Origin: an uncultured Actinomycetes bacterium
GTDB taxonomy: Bacteria; Actinomycetota; Thermoleophilia; UBA2241
Assembly (NCBI GenBank): GCA_963751565.1
Contig: CAVVVA010000002.1
Coordinates: forward strand, 198,904 to 262,903
Reading direction: 5' to 3'
DNA: 64,000 bases
Part shown: positions 30,201 to 38,869 of the stretch, one piece after another
Numbering within the stretch: the first letter of the stretch is position 1
Layout: each line of letters opens with the position of its first letter
Made by a program: the position numbers and the translations under genes
The notes under the pieces: model-generated
The model's input: the letters and a program-made list of their open reading frames with translations, nothing else
What the model was told of the DNA's origin: nothing
The model's database searches: none

Positions 30201-30644
30201 GGGATCGACGTCGAGGCGCACCAGCGCCTCGCCGGTGTTGACGCCGATGCGCACGGCAAGCGGCGTGCCGTCCGGTGCTGCGAGACCCTCGAGAGCCTGC
30301 ACCAGGCGCAGAGCGGCGTGCACGGCGCGCTCCGGGTCGTCCTCGTGCGCCGCCGGCACGCCAAAGACACCGACCACGGCGTCACCGATGAACTTCTCGA
30401 CGGTGCCGCCGTGGGACTCGATGACCTGACGGGCGGTGGCGCTGTAACTGCGCAGCAGGGCGTCGACGTCCTCGGGATCGGCGGCCTCGCTCATGGCGGT
30501 GAAGGCGACCAGGTCGCAGATCAGGGTAGTGACGACCTTGCGTTCCTCGGGGGCTGCCGACGGCGCAGCGAGCTTGGTGCCGCACTTGGCGCAGAAGGCG
30601 GAGCCGTCGGCGGTCTCAAAGCCGCAGGAAGGGCAGGCGATCAC
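27258..30644 (-). CDS. multidomain signalling protein: N-terminal zinc ribbon + class III adenylate/guanylate cyclase domain + AAA_16/STAND-type P-loop NTPase + TPR-like repeats (1128 aa, no HTH)
   Basis: CPSCG...CAKCG; the cyclase block (...FIGDAVVGVFG...RIGVNTGEALV...); Walker A GEPGIGKSRL and Walker B VVVLEDLHWAD; long helical repeat C-terminus. Confidence 0.85.
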   Translation of the reverse strand: MIACPSCGFETADGSAFCAKCGTKLAAPSAAPEERKVVTTLICDLVAFTAMSEAADPEDVDALLRSYSATARQVIESHGGTVEKFIGDAVVGVFGVPAAHEDDPERAVHAALRLVQALEGLAAPDGTPLAVRIGVNTGEALVRLDVDPLSGRGFLTGDAVNTAARLQAAAPPGGVVMGQSTFGLAGRAFTCEELAPVEAKGKSEPLALWLAKAPLARLGSVAEKGRLTPLVDREVELAYLMALFDKALAAAAPQFALIVGEPGIGKSRLLVELLAYVDASPAMVTWRQGRCLPYGEGVTFWALAEIVKAHAAILDSDTPAAVDEKLGPVLPGGPDREWFRQRLRALLGLEAPQAGREENFAAWLGFLEQLALREPLVVVLEDLHWADEGLLAFVEHLATHIDRVPLVMLGTARPELFEGHPTFAAGSTQLNRISLEPLTHTETERLVNELVGDAEALGQRAADIVAHCEGNPFFAEESARLLNDQVQGAPLPASIQAVVAARLDALPAEQKAVLGDAAVLGDVFWNGAVAALGQGAATDVDGALRELVTKHLVRRVRQSSLAGENEFVFGHTLARDVAYGELPRAVRAHKHAAAAAWIEAKAGERAEELAEVLAHHYATALDLARALGDEELASSLVAPTIRHLGHAGERALRLDGAAAERYFARALELAGTDSSERPRLLPRWGLAVNMHRSGHREASAAMEEAIAGLQACGDIRAAAAAMTWLALDHLRFGEPSADLHRAAVALLANDGPSAEQAWVFTGYAHGLYEAQADYQSAIAAATRASAICEQLALPEPAWALSYRGLARLELGDLGGLEDQERALAAARAQGLGFERAMIENNYVYPVMLTRGAPATLDVIDEGLEFTRRCGNELTELLFRAQLVESLRRVGEWDRALAEAGELAPSLEELEDAYNLVYLRTQRALIFACRGEPLEAAPLLAWLAQQGRESEAIQLRGGALLAASAVHLRLGESDAALALLNEWVPGMVDMGVADEELFPEALRLALACDDAPLAAQMVATVESFAARESLPLHRHVLTTVGALLAESRGEHEAALAGLATAAAGWCEFGMPYEEAQALLGQGRCLVALGRGAEAAAPLAAAREIFARLGAKPAIAETGELMERIAADSD

Positions 30645-30647
30645 GGC

Positions 30648-32024
30648 TCACCCGGCCGCAGGCTCGGCGGCGTACAGCCGCCAGCTGCCCGGCACGCCCT
30701 TGAGCTCGTGCTCGCCGCGGTCGGTGAAGGAGAGGCCCGAGCCGGCGACCAGGTCCTTGACGGTGGAGGAGACGAGGACCTCCGAAGGCTTCGCCAATGC
30801 GCCAACCCTGGCGCCGATGTGCACGGCGATGCCACCCACGTCGGTTCCCAGCAGCTCGATCTCGCCGGTGTGGCAGCCGGCGCGCACCTCAATGCCCAGT
30901 GGCTTGACCGCCTCGCAGATGCCCTGGGCGCAGCGCACCGCCCGGGCCGGCCCGTCGAAGGTGGCCAGAAAGCCGTCGCCCATCGTCTTGACTTCGGTGC
31001 CGCGGTAGCGGGCCAGCAGGCTACGGGTGGCCGCGCGATGGCGCTCGAGGAGTTCCTGCCAGCGAAGGTCGCCCAGCTTCGCCGCCGTCTGGGTCGAGCC
31101 CACCACGTCGGTGAAGAGAACCGTGGCCAGCACGCGGTCGAGCTCGACCTCCTCTTCGCGCACCGAGGCAAGGAAGTGCTCCATGGCCGAGACCAGGGGT
31201 CCGGGCTCCTCCACCCAGGGGATGTCGGCGACACCCGATACCGCCACCAGGGCGGCGCCCGGTATGCGCTCGGCGGGGTAGGCCGCCCACTCTGGAGTCC
31301 AAGAATCGGGACTGTCGGCCTTGTAGAACACGGCGGTCGGCACGTGCACCGAGGGCAGCACGTGGCGCACGTCGGTCTCGAACAACATGCGCTCGAAGGC
31401 CTCGTAGCTGGCCGGCGTCGCGGCGTAGCGGAAGAACCTCGCGCTCCACGCCATAAAGGCCGCGTCGAGCGGTGGCTGCTGGGCGGGATCTTCGCCGAAG
31501 ATCCAGCTCATCAGGTCAGGCGTGATGCCCTCTTCCTCGCCCCAGCTCGCGACGGTGGTGGCGATGATCGCGTCGAGCTCCTCCTCGGTCATCCCCCAGG
31601 GGTAGTCCTCGGTGCGCCTCAAGGAGATGTCGCCGTCGATGAGCAGCGCCGACGTGCGCTCGGGGTAGGTGGACGCGAACACGACCGCCAGGGGAGGGCC
31701 GCCGGTTCCCCACCCGTAGAGGGCTGCCCGCTCCACCCCGGCGGCGTCCATGACCGCCCGGATGTCGTCCATGCGCACGCCGATGTCGAGCGGCCCACTG
31801 ACCCTGTCCGAGAGGCCCGTGCCGCGCTTGTCGAAATGGAGCACGCGCATACTGCGCGATAGCCGGTGCATGAGACGGGCGAACGGGGGCCACTCCCAGT
31901 AGACCTCCACGTGCGAGACCCAGCCATGGATCACGACGAGGGTCAGCGGCCCCGCGCCGAAGTCCTGGTAGGCGATCGAGGCGCCGTCGATGGTCTTCGC
32001 TCGGCGTGTCTTGGGGACGTCCAT
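30648..32024 (-). CDS. alpha/beta-hydrolase + class III nucleotide cyclase fusion protein (LipJ-like), paralog 1
   Basis: N-terminal alpha/beta-hydrolase fold; C-terminal cyclase block (VLFTDVVGST...KTMGDGFLATF...RAGCHTGEIE); ATG (MDVPKT) overlaps the upstream stop by 1 nt; 4-nt gap to the STAND-cyclase gene. Confidence 0.8.
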   Translation of the reverse strand: MDVPKTRRAKTIDGASIAYQDFGAGPLTLVVIHGWVSHVEVYWEWPPFARLMHRLSRSMRVLHFDKRGTGLSDRVSGPLDIGVRMDDIRAVMDAAGVERAALYGWGTGGPPLAVVFASTYPERTSALLIDGDISLRRTEDYPWGMTEEELDAIIATTVASWGEEEGITPDLMSWIFGEDPAQQPPLDAAFMAWSARFFRYAATPASYEAFERMLFETDVRHVLPSVHVPTAVFYKADSPDSWTPEWAAYPAERIPGAALVAVSGVADIPWVEEPGPLVSAMEHFLASVREEEVELDRVLATVLFTDVVGSTQTAAKLGDLRWQELLERHRAATRSLLARYRGTEVKTMGDGFLATFDGPARAVRCAQGICEAVKPLGIEVRAGCHTGEIELLGTDVGGIAVHIGARVGALAKPSEVLVSSTVKDLVAGSGLSFTDRGEHELKGVPGSWRLYAAEPAAG

Positions 32025-33388
32025 CACGGCGCCACCGCGTAGAGGTGCCACGGCTCGGGCACGCCCTTGAGCTCGTGCTCGCCGCGGTCGGTGAAGACGA
32101 GGCCCGATCCGGCGACCAGGTCCTTGACGGTGGAAGAGACGAGGACCTCAGACGGCTCGGCGAGCGCACCGACGCGGGCGCCGATGTGCACGGCGATGCC
32201 GCCCACATCAGCGCCCAGCAGCTCGATCTCGCCGGTGTGACAGCCGGCCCGCACCTCGAGGCCCAGGGGCTTGACGGCCTCGCAGATGCCCTGGGCGCAG
32301 CGTACCGCCCGCGCCGGGCCATCGAAGGTGGCCAGAAAGCCGTCGCCCATCGTCTTGACCTCGGTGCCGCGGTAGCGGGCCAGCAGGGCCCGCACGGCCG
32401 CGGAGTGGCGTTTGAGAAGTTCTTTCCAGCGCGCATCGCCGAGCTCGGCGGCCCGCTGCGTCGAACCCACGACGTCGGTGAACAACACCGTGGCCAGCAT
32501 GCGGTCGAGGTCCTCTTGCTCACGCCGCACCGAGGCCAGGAAGCCCTCGATGGCTGCGACGAAGGGCTCGGGGTCTTCAATGTCGGCCGCATACGCAGCG
32601 CCCACGTACTCGACGACCTTGGCGCCGGCGATCAGTCCCGCGTTGTAGACGGCACGGGCCCGATGCTCGTCATCCCATCCCGTCGCCTGCAGGCACCCGG
32701 TGGGGACATGGACGCTGGGCAGGATGTCGCGCACGTCGGTCTCGTAGGTCACCCGGTCGTACTCGGCGATGGTCGTCGGCGTCGCGGAGAACCTCGCCAG
32801 GCGTGTGAACCAAGCCAGGAACGCCGGATCGTCGTGGGGCGCGTCGACCGGACGCTCACCGTATATGTCGCGCACGAGCTCGGCGGCGTAGGACGGGTCG
32901 CCCCAGTGCGCGCTGTTGTTTCTGATGTCGGCCTCCTGCTCTTCGGCAGTCCAGCCGAAGGGGTAGTCCGCAGAGCGCCGACAGCAGAAGTGCCCCCCGT
33001 TGACGATGAGTGCCAGGACGCGCTCCGGCTGGCTGGCGGCAAAGAAGGCGGCCAAGCATGGGCCGCCGGTACCCGAGACTAGCAGGGCGGCACGCTCGAC
33101 ACCGGCGGCGTCCATCACCGCCCGCACGTCGTCCATACGAGTATCGAGGTCGGCGGCCAGCGTGCGGTCGGACATGCCCACGCCGCGCTTGTCGAAGGCA
33201 AGCATGCGCATGTCGCGTGCCAGGCGGCGCATGAAGCGCACGCAGCGCGGTTGCTCCCAGAGGATCTCGAGGTGCGAGATCCAGCCGGGGATCACGACCA
33301 GGGTGACCGGGCCCTGTCCGAAGTCCTGGTAGGCGATCGAGGCGCCGTCGATGGTCTTCGCCCAGTGGACCTCGGGGATCTCGCTCAC
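32024..33388 (-). CDS. alpha/beta-hydrolase + class III nucleotide cyclase fusion protein, paralog 2
   Basis: GTG start (VSEIPEVHWAKTIDG) after GAAGGGGGG; near-identical cyclase-domain DNA to paralogs 1 and 3. Confidence 0.8.
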   Translation of the reverse strand: MSEIPEVHWAKTIDGASIAYQDFGQGPVTLVVIPGWISHLEILWEQPRCVRFMRRLARDMRMLAFDKRGVGMSDRTLAADLDTRMDDVRAVMDAAGVERAALLVSGTGGPCLAAFFAASQPERVLALIVNGGHFCCRRSADYPFGWTAEEQEADIRNNSAHWGDPSYAAELVRDIYGERPVDAPHDDPAFLAWFTRLARFSATPTTIAEYDRVTYETDVRDILPSVHVPTGCLQATGWDDEHRARAVYNAGLIAGAKVVEYVGAAYAADIEDPEPFVAAIEGFLASVRREQEDLDRMLATVLFTDVVGSTQRAAELGDARWKELLKRHSAAVRALLARYRGTEVKTMGDGFLATFDGPARAVRCAQGICEAVKPLGLEVRAGCHTGEIELLGADVGGIAVHIGARVGALAEPSEVLVSSTVKDLVAGSGLVFTDRGEHELKGVPEPWHLYAVAP

Positions 33389-33648
33389 CGTCGCCCCCCC
33401 TTCATGGCCTCGAATCGATGTGCGCTCCTGCCCGACCGATCCTAGCACCTGAACCCGGGCCAGCGTTTGCAAGGTGTTCGCAGGAGCACCGACTCGGCGC
33501 ATCGCTGATGTCGCTCAGGCTGTCTCGCAAGCGTGAAGAGCCGTGATCAGAGGTAGGTGACCTGCGCCCTGGGGGGCGGCGCGTGCTCCACTACGTCTGT
33601 GGACGCTGGTGAGCGAAACCGATTGACGTATCGCGGGGTAACAGCGTC

Positions 33649-35022
33649 TCAAGCTGCGGCAGTCTCGGCCGCGTAGAGCCGCCAGCTGCCCGGCACGCCC
33701 TTGAGCTCGTGCTCGCCACGGTCGGCGAAGCTCAGGCCCGAGCCGGCGACGAGGTCCTTGACGGTCGAGCTGACGAGGACCTCGGAGGGACCGGCAAGTG
33801 CACCGACGCGGGCGCCGATGTGGACGGCGATGCCGCCCACGTCTGAGCCCAGCAGCTCGATCTCGCCGGTGTGGCAGCCGGCCCGTACTTCTAGGCCGAG
33901 GGGTCTGACCGCTTCGCAGATGCCCTGGGCGCAGCGCACCGCCCGCGCCGGTCCGTCGAAGGTGGCCAGGAAGCCGTCGCCCATGGTCTTGACTTCCGTG
34001 CCGCGGTAGCGGGCCAGCAGGGCTCGCACGGTGGTGCAGTGCCGCTCCAGCAGTTCCTTCCAACGGGCGTCGCCGAGCTCGGCGGCGCGCTGTGTCGAGC
34101 CCACCACGTCGGTGAACAACACGGTGGCCAGCAGGCGGTCGAGGTCCTCCTGCTCGCGTCGCACGGAGCCCAGGAAGCCCTCGATAGCCGCGACGAAGGG
34201 CTCGGGGTCTTCAATGTCGAGGGAATACGCGGCGCCCGCGTACTCGACGACCTTGGCGCCGGCGATCAGTCCCGCGTTGTAGGCGGCGCCCGCCTTGCCC
34301 TCTTCTTCCCACCCCGTCGCCTGCAGACTGGCCGTCGGGACGTGGACGCTGGGCAGGATGTCGCGCACGTCGGTCTCGTAGGTCACCCGCTCGAACGCCG
34401 CGTAGGTCGTCGGTGTCGCCGAGAACCTCGCCAGGCGTGCGCTCCAGGCCAGGAAGGCCGGGTCGTCGAAGGGCGCATCAACCGGACGCTCACCCCAGCC
34501 GAAGCGGACGAGCTCGGCGGCGTAGGCCGGGTCGCCCCAGTGCGCAGTGAGGTTCCTGATCTCGGCCTCCTCCTCTTCGGCAGTCCAGCCGTAGGGATAG
34601 TCCGCAGAACGCCGGCAGCAGAAGTACCCCTCGACGATGAGCGCCAGGACGCGCTCGGGCTGGCTCGCGGCGAAGAAGGCGGCCAGGCAGGGGCCGCCGC
34701 TGCCCTCGGCCAGCAGGGCGGCGCGCTCCACACCGGCGGCATCCATCACCGCTCGCACGTCGTCCATGCGGGTCTCAAGATCGGTAGCCATGGTGCGGTC
34801 GGACATGCCCAGGCCGCGCTTGTCGAAGACAAGCACACGCATGTTGCGCGCCAGGCGGCGCATGAAGCGTGCGTAGCGGGGCTGCTCCCAGTAGACCTCG
34901 AGGTGCGTGATCCAGCCGGGGATCACGACCAGGGTGACCGGACCCGAGCCGAAGTCCTGGTAGGCGATCGAGGCGCCGTCGATGGTCGTCGCCCAGCGGA
35001 CCTGGGGGATCTCGCTCACCAT
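33649..35022 (-). CDS. alpha/beta-hydrolase + class III nucleotide cyclase fusion protein, paralog 3
   Basis: ATG (MVSEIPQVRW) after GAAGGGAGGG; same domain layout. Confidence 0.8.
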   Translation of the reverse strand: MVSEIPQVRWATTIDGASIAYQDFGSGPVTLVVIPGWITHLEVYWEQPRYARFMRRLARNMRVLVFDKRGLGMSDRTMATDLETRMDDVRAVMDAAGVERAALLAEGSGGPCLAAFFAASQPERVLALIVEGYFCCRRSADYPYGWTAEEEEAEIRNLTAHWGDPAYAAELVRFGWGERPVDAPFDDPAFLAWSARLARFSATPTTYAAFERVTYETDVRDILPSVHVPTASLQATGWEEEGKAGAAYNAGLIAGAKVVEYAGAAYSLDIEDPEPFVAAIEGFLGSVRREQEDLDRLLATVLFTDVVGSTQRAAELGDARWKELLERHCTTVRALLARYRGTEVKTMGDGFLATFDGPARAVRCAQGICEAVRPLGLEVRAGCHTGEIELLGSDVGGIAVHIGARVGALAGPSEVLVSSTVKDLVAGSGLSFADRGEHELKGVPGSWRLYAAETAAA

Positions 35023-35162
35023 CGCCCTCCCTTCATCGCCCGGAGTCGCTGCGCGCTCCTCGCCGCCCGATCCTAACACCCGACGTCGGGCACCTTGGTG
35101 TTGGGCGACGGGGCTGCGCTTGAAAGCGGAGGACGCCCCGAAACGGTTGCAGAGCTGACAGT

Positions 35163-35314
35163 GGCGGCGCCCCGAGGTCGTCTCCGAGCGCCTCGGCCAC
35201 GCGAGCATCTCGATCACACCAGACACCTGCTCGGATGCCATTCCACCCGTACGTGAGGAGGCGCCCGCGACGATCACGGCGCCCGTCACCAGAACGTCGG
35301 AAAGGCTAGGGTGA
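35163..35314 (+). pseudogene. tyrosine-recombinase 3'-end remnant H (QWRRPEVVSERLGHASISITPDTCSDAIPPVREEAPATITAPVTRTSERLG*)
   Basis: Diverged copy (Tyr replaced by Cys, as in D) immediately upstream of the cyclase block on the other side from A. Confidence 0.5.
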
Positions 35315-35490
35315 GGCGGATGCGGACGTTCTGCGGACAACACGCCCCGGGCCAGCTGTCCATTGAGGTGAAACCCGCTGGAAACGGCGGGGTTCAGGTT
35401 TCACATTAGTTCGCCCGCGCTTAACACGGACTTAAACGGGGACGCCGATAATTGCGAGCGACCCCCCCAAGGGCAACCCCAAGCCCTGGG

Positions 35491-35528
35491 CGAGCCCCGT
35501 CCCCCGCGGGGCTCGTCCCTTTTCTGGG
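35491..35528. terminator. putative intrinsic terminator (gagccccg tccccc cggggctc + gtcccttttctgggg), bidirectional candidate between the cyclase block and msrB
   Basis: GC stem followed by a T-rich tract on the plus strand and preceded by an A-rich tract (agaaaagg) on the other. Confidence 0.45.
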
Positions 35529-35582
35529 GCGGTTTCACACCTGAGCCGCTCCGCAGCGGCGCTTGTGCGACAGACGGCAGGG

Positions 35583-36149
35583 TCAGCCGCCGGCCGTGGT
35601 CTCGTCCACTGCCGTGTCGCCGGCCGCGATCTCGTCCACTGCCGTGTCGCCAGCGGCCGCGTCGTCGGCGGCCGTATCAGCTTTGGCCATGTCGCCGGCC
35701 GGCTCGTCGCCGAACAGCCCCAGCAAGTCGCCGTAACCCTCCTCGGCCAGGCGCTCCCGGGGCACGAAGCGCAGCGCCGCCGAGTTCATGCAGTAGCGCT
35801 CGCCGGTGGGCTGCGGACCGTCTTCGAACACATGGCCGAGGTGCGCGCCGCTGGCGGCGCTGTGCGCCTCGGTGCGCGGCAGGACCAGCTTGAAGTCGCG
35901 GCGCGTCTCGACCGCGTCGGGGCGCAGCGGCCGGGTGAAGCTCGGCCAGCCCGTGCCCGAATCGTACTTGTCTCGCGAGCTGAAGAGCGGCTCACCGGAG
36001 ACGACGTCGACGTAGATGCCGTCGCGGTGTTCGTCCCAGTAGTCGTTGTCGAAGGCCGGCTCGGTCCCCTCGTGCTGGGTGACCTGGTACTGCTGCGGGG
36101 TCAGCCGCCGCCGCAGCTCCTCGTCGCTGGGCTTCTCGTAGCTTGCCAT
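35583..36149 (-). CDS. msrB: peptide-methionine (R)-S-oxide reductase MsrB with a repetitive acidic C-terminal tail
   Basis: SelR/MsrB signature (…GWPSF…RxE…C…HLGHVFxDGP…RYCxNS); ATG (MASYEKPSD); the tail (DTAVDE repeats) comes from a 27-bp tandem repeat at 35597-35650. Confidence 0.85.
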   Translation of the reverse strand: MASYEKPSDEELRRRLTPQQYQVTQHEGTEPAFDNDYWDEHRDGIYVDVVSGEPLFSSRDKYDSGTGWPSFTRPLRPDAVETRRDFKLVLPRTEAHSAASGAHLGHVFEDGPQPTGERYCMNSAALRFVPRERLAEEGYGDLLGLFGDEPAGDMAKADTAADDAAAGDTAVDEIAAGDTAVDETTAGG

Positions 36150-36201
36150 CGTCACGTACCTCGCTTCTTGCCGGATCACGTCGCCGGCTTGCCTCGTCGC
36201 T

Positions 36202-36471
36202 TCAGACGTACGTCTCGTCGACGTAGCACCACCGCCAGTCCTCGCCGGGCTCGAAAGAGCGGGCGATCGGATGGCCGGTCTCGAGAGCGTGCCGGCTCGC
36301 GTGCCTGTTCTTCGACGAGTCGCAGCAGCCCACGTGGCCGCAGGTCAAACAGATGCGCAGATGGGCCCACCCGTCGCCCGACTCGAGGCACTCCTGGCAG
36401 CCCTCGCCCGACGGCGCTACCTCGCGGATCTGGTCGGTGTGGGTGCAGCTCGTTGCCTGTGGCGCGCTCAT
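36202..36471 (-). CDS. UBP-type zinc-finger domain protein
   Basis: CxHxx…GxxCxxCxxxxWxHLRxCLxCGHxGCC…H pattern typical of bacterial zf-UBP proteins. Confidence 0.7.
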   Translation of the reverse strand: MSAPQATSCTHTDQIREVAPSGEGCQECLESGDGWAHLRICLTCGHVGCCDSSKNRHASRHALETGHPIARSFEPGEDWRWCYVDETYV

Positions 36472-36566
36472 GACGCCTCCCTGCTGGGTCGCCCGGTGGA
36501 CGCTTTGCAACGTTTCCGCAAAGGTTCTACCCCGCAACGACTCACTTGATGGCGTGCGGCCGCGCG

Positions 36567-37157
36567 CTATCCTCGCTCGAACAGTGTCGTCCTGCTCAGG
36601 CGCACGCGCGGCGCCGCCACCGGCCGCAGGCCGGCCGCCGTCGCCATGTCGATCGTCGCGGCGAAGGCGGCCGCCGACACGTGGCCGCGCGGCTCGACCA
36701 GCAGGAACCGGCCGCCCGGCTTGAGCGCGCCGGCGACCTCGCCCAGAAAGCGCGCCACGTCGGGCACCTCGTGGACCATGTAGAAGGCCAGGGCAGCGTC
36801 GGCCGCCGGCAGCTCGCCGACCGAGTCGGGGGCGCAGCAGTGCAGCGTGATGCGCGACTCAAGGCCGGCGCGCTCGGCGCGCAGCCGCAGCCTGTCGAGC
36901 ATCGCGGCCTGCAGGTCGACCGCCACGACCCTGCCGTCGGGCCCCACCATCTCGGCCATCGGCAGGGTGAAGAAGCCCGGTCCGCAGCCGAAGTCTATGG
37001 CGGTGTCGCCCGCCGCGACGAGCCCCTTGAGAATGCGCCGCGGATCGTGCAACAGCCGCCGCAGCGGAGTCGAGAGCCAGCCGGCGTGCTCGGCCGAACA
37101 CACGTCGCCGCCGCCGGGCGCCGGCGACCCCGCGGCCTGCCCCGCGCCCGGGGTCAC
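36567..37157 (-). CDS. class I SAM-dependent methyltransferase
   Basis: Motif I (IDFGCGPGFF) and the Rossmann-fold pattern; its ATG overlaps the MFS stop (ATGA). Confidence 0.75.
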   Translation of the reverse strand: MTPGAGQAAGSPAPGGGDVCSAEHAGWLSTPLRRLLHDPRRILKGLVAAGDTAIDFGCGPGFFTLPMAEMVGPDGRVVAVDLQAAMLDRLRLRAERAGLESRITLHCCAPDSVGELPAADAALAFYMVHEVPDVARFLGEVAGALKPGGRFLLVEPRGHVSAAAFAATIDMATAAGLRPVAAPRVRLSRTTLFERG

Positions 37158-38869
37158 GACGCACCCGCTTCGGCCTCGTCGGCCACCAGAGCGGCAGACT
37201 CCGATCGTTCCTCGGCTCGCTGAGCATCGGCCGGCGCCGTGCCGCCCTCGTGGGTGGCCGCATGTGCCTTTTGGGCCACGGCCTCACGCGCCGCGACGTG
37301 GTGTGGCGCCGTGCCACGGATGGTCGCCAGGGCGATGGGGGCGCCGGCCAGCAGCATGATCCCGCTGACCCACAGGGCGGCGTGCACGCCCGAGGTGAAG
37401 CCCGCCGCGGAGGCGCTCTTGACGGTGTGCAGAAGAGCCGGGCCATCGACGCCGGGCGGCAGCTTGCCGGACGCCAGGTCGCGTCCCTCCTTGACCGCGG
37501 TCATGATGCCGTCGATGAGCGCTGGGGGCAGGTGCAAGGGACGCAAGGCGGTGAGTGTCTGGTCGGTGATGGGCCGTGTCACCAGGTTGCCCAGCACGGC
37601 GATGCCGAACACGCTGCCGACCTGGCGCATGGTGTTCGAGGTCGCCGAGGCCATGCCCGCGCGAGCCGCCGGCACGGTACCCATGATCGCCGTCGTCATG
37701 GGGCTCATGATCAGGCCGGTGCCGACGCCCATCAGGAGCAGCCAGTACCAGAACGAAGCGTAGCCGCTGGTGGGCTCGACCGAGGTCAGAAAGAGCAGTG
37801 ACGCGCCCGTCATGAGCAGGCCGACGGTGATCGGCAGGCGCGCCCCGATGCGCCCGACGATGCGCCCCGAGACGATCGCCGTCACCATGATCCCGAGGGT
37901 GGCGGGCAGCTGCAGAGCTCCGGCTTGGGTCGGCGAATAGCCCTGCACCTCCTGCATGAACAGCGACAGAAAGAAGATCACGCCGAAGAAGGCGAAGCTC
38001 ACGATCACGCCCACGAGGTTGGCGCCGCTGAAGGTGCCGCTGCGAAAGAACTTGAGCTGCAGCAGCGGGGAGCGACCGCGCAGCTCGACGAGCAGGAAGA
38101 GGCCGAGGGCGACGGCCGACACGACGAAGCACGAGACGATCCGGGCCGAGGTCCAGCCGTAGGTGTTGGCCTCGATGAACGCGTAGGTCAGAGCCACGAG
38201 GCCGATGACCGCCGTGACCTGGCCGGGCAGGTCGAGGCTGCGACCGGCGCGGTCGGACGATTCGGGCACGAACAGCACCGCCATGATGAGGGCGGCGACG
38301 CCGACCGGCACGTTGATCCAGAAGATGCTCTGCCAGTCGAAACGGTCGACCAGGGTGCCGCCGATCAGCGGGCCGATGGCCAGGGCCAGGCCTGAGATGC
38401 CGGCCCACATGCCGATCGCCCGGGCGCGCTCGCGAGGGTCGCGAAAGGTGTTCGTGATGATCGACAGCGTGCTCGGCAGCATGAGGGCGCCGCCGACGCC
38501 CTGGATGACGCGCGAGCCGATGAGAAACGAGGTCGACGGCGCCAGGGCGCACATGACCGAGCCGCCGGTGAACAGCGCGAGGCCGGAAATGAACATCTTG
38601 CGGCGCCCGAACAGGTCGCCCAGCGTGCCGCCGGTGAGCAGCAGGCTCGCCAGCGCCAGCACGAAGGCGTCGACGATCCATTGCACCTCCGAGTAGCTGG
38701 CGTGCATCTTGAACTGGATGGTCTTCAGCGCGAGGTTCACGACAGTGCTGTCGAGCATCACCATGAACAGGGCGAAGCACATGCACGCCAGGGTCAGGCG
38801 CTTCCTTCCGCGATCCTTGTCGGGCATCGTCTCCTCCGTGGTCTCCATCTGTGCGACGGCGCGCGTCAT
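37154..38869 (-). CDS. MFS transporter, DHA2 (14-TMS drug:H+ antiporter EmrB/QacA) family
   Basis: 14 hydrophobic segments, the GxLaDrxGrkxxl motif (GDLFGRRKMF) and QFKM-like blocks; start placed at the ATG overlapping the TetR stop (ATGA), though an upstream ATG is possible. Confidence 0.85.
   Translation of the reverse strand: MTRAVAQMETTEETMPDKDRGRKRLTLACMCFALFMVMLDSTVVNLALKTIQFKMHASYSEVQWIVDAFVLALASLLLTGGTLGDLFGRRKMFISGLALFTGGSVMCALAPSTSFLIGSRVIQGVGGALMLPSTLSIITNTFRDPRERARAIGMWAGISGLALAIGPLIGGTLVDRFDWQSIFWINVPVGVAALIMAVLFVPESSDRAGRSLDLPGQVTAVIGLVALTYAFIEANTYGWTSARIVSCFVVSAVALGLFLLVELRGRSPLLQLKFFRSGTFSGANLVGVIVSFAFFGVIFFLSLFMQEVQGYSPTQAGALQLPATLGIMVTAIVSGRIVGRIGARLPITVGLLMTGASLLFLTSVEPTSGYASFWYWLLLMGVGTGLIMSPMTTAIMGTVPAARAGMASATSNTMRQVGSVFGIAVLGNLVTRPITDQTLTALRPLHLPPALIDGIMTAVKEGRDLASGKLPPGVDGPALLHTVKSASAAGFTSGVHAALWVSGIMLLAGAPIALATIRGTAPHHVAAREAVAQKAHAATHEGGTAPADAQRAEERSESAALVADEAEAGAS

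Noticed and set aside
27258-35022. Pycsar or CBASS-type defence system
   Set aside because: Class III cyclase domains are present, but there is no TIR, TM-effector, CD-NTase, patatin or Cap-like gene. The domain layouts match known actinobacterial signalling cyclases (LipJ-like, AAA-cyclase). This is kept only as a speculative note within the cyclase-block finding.
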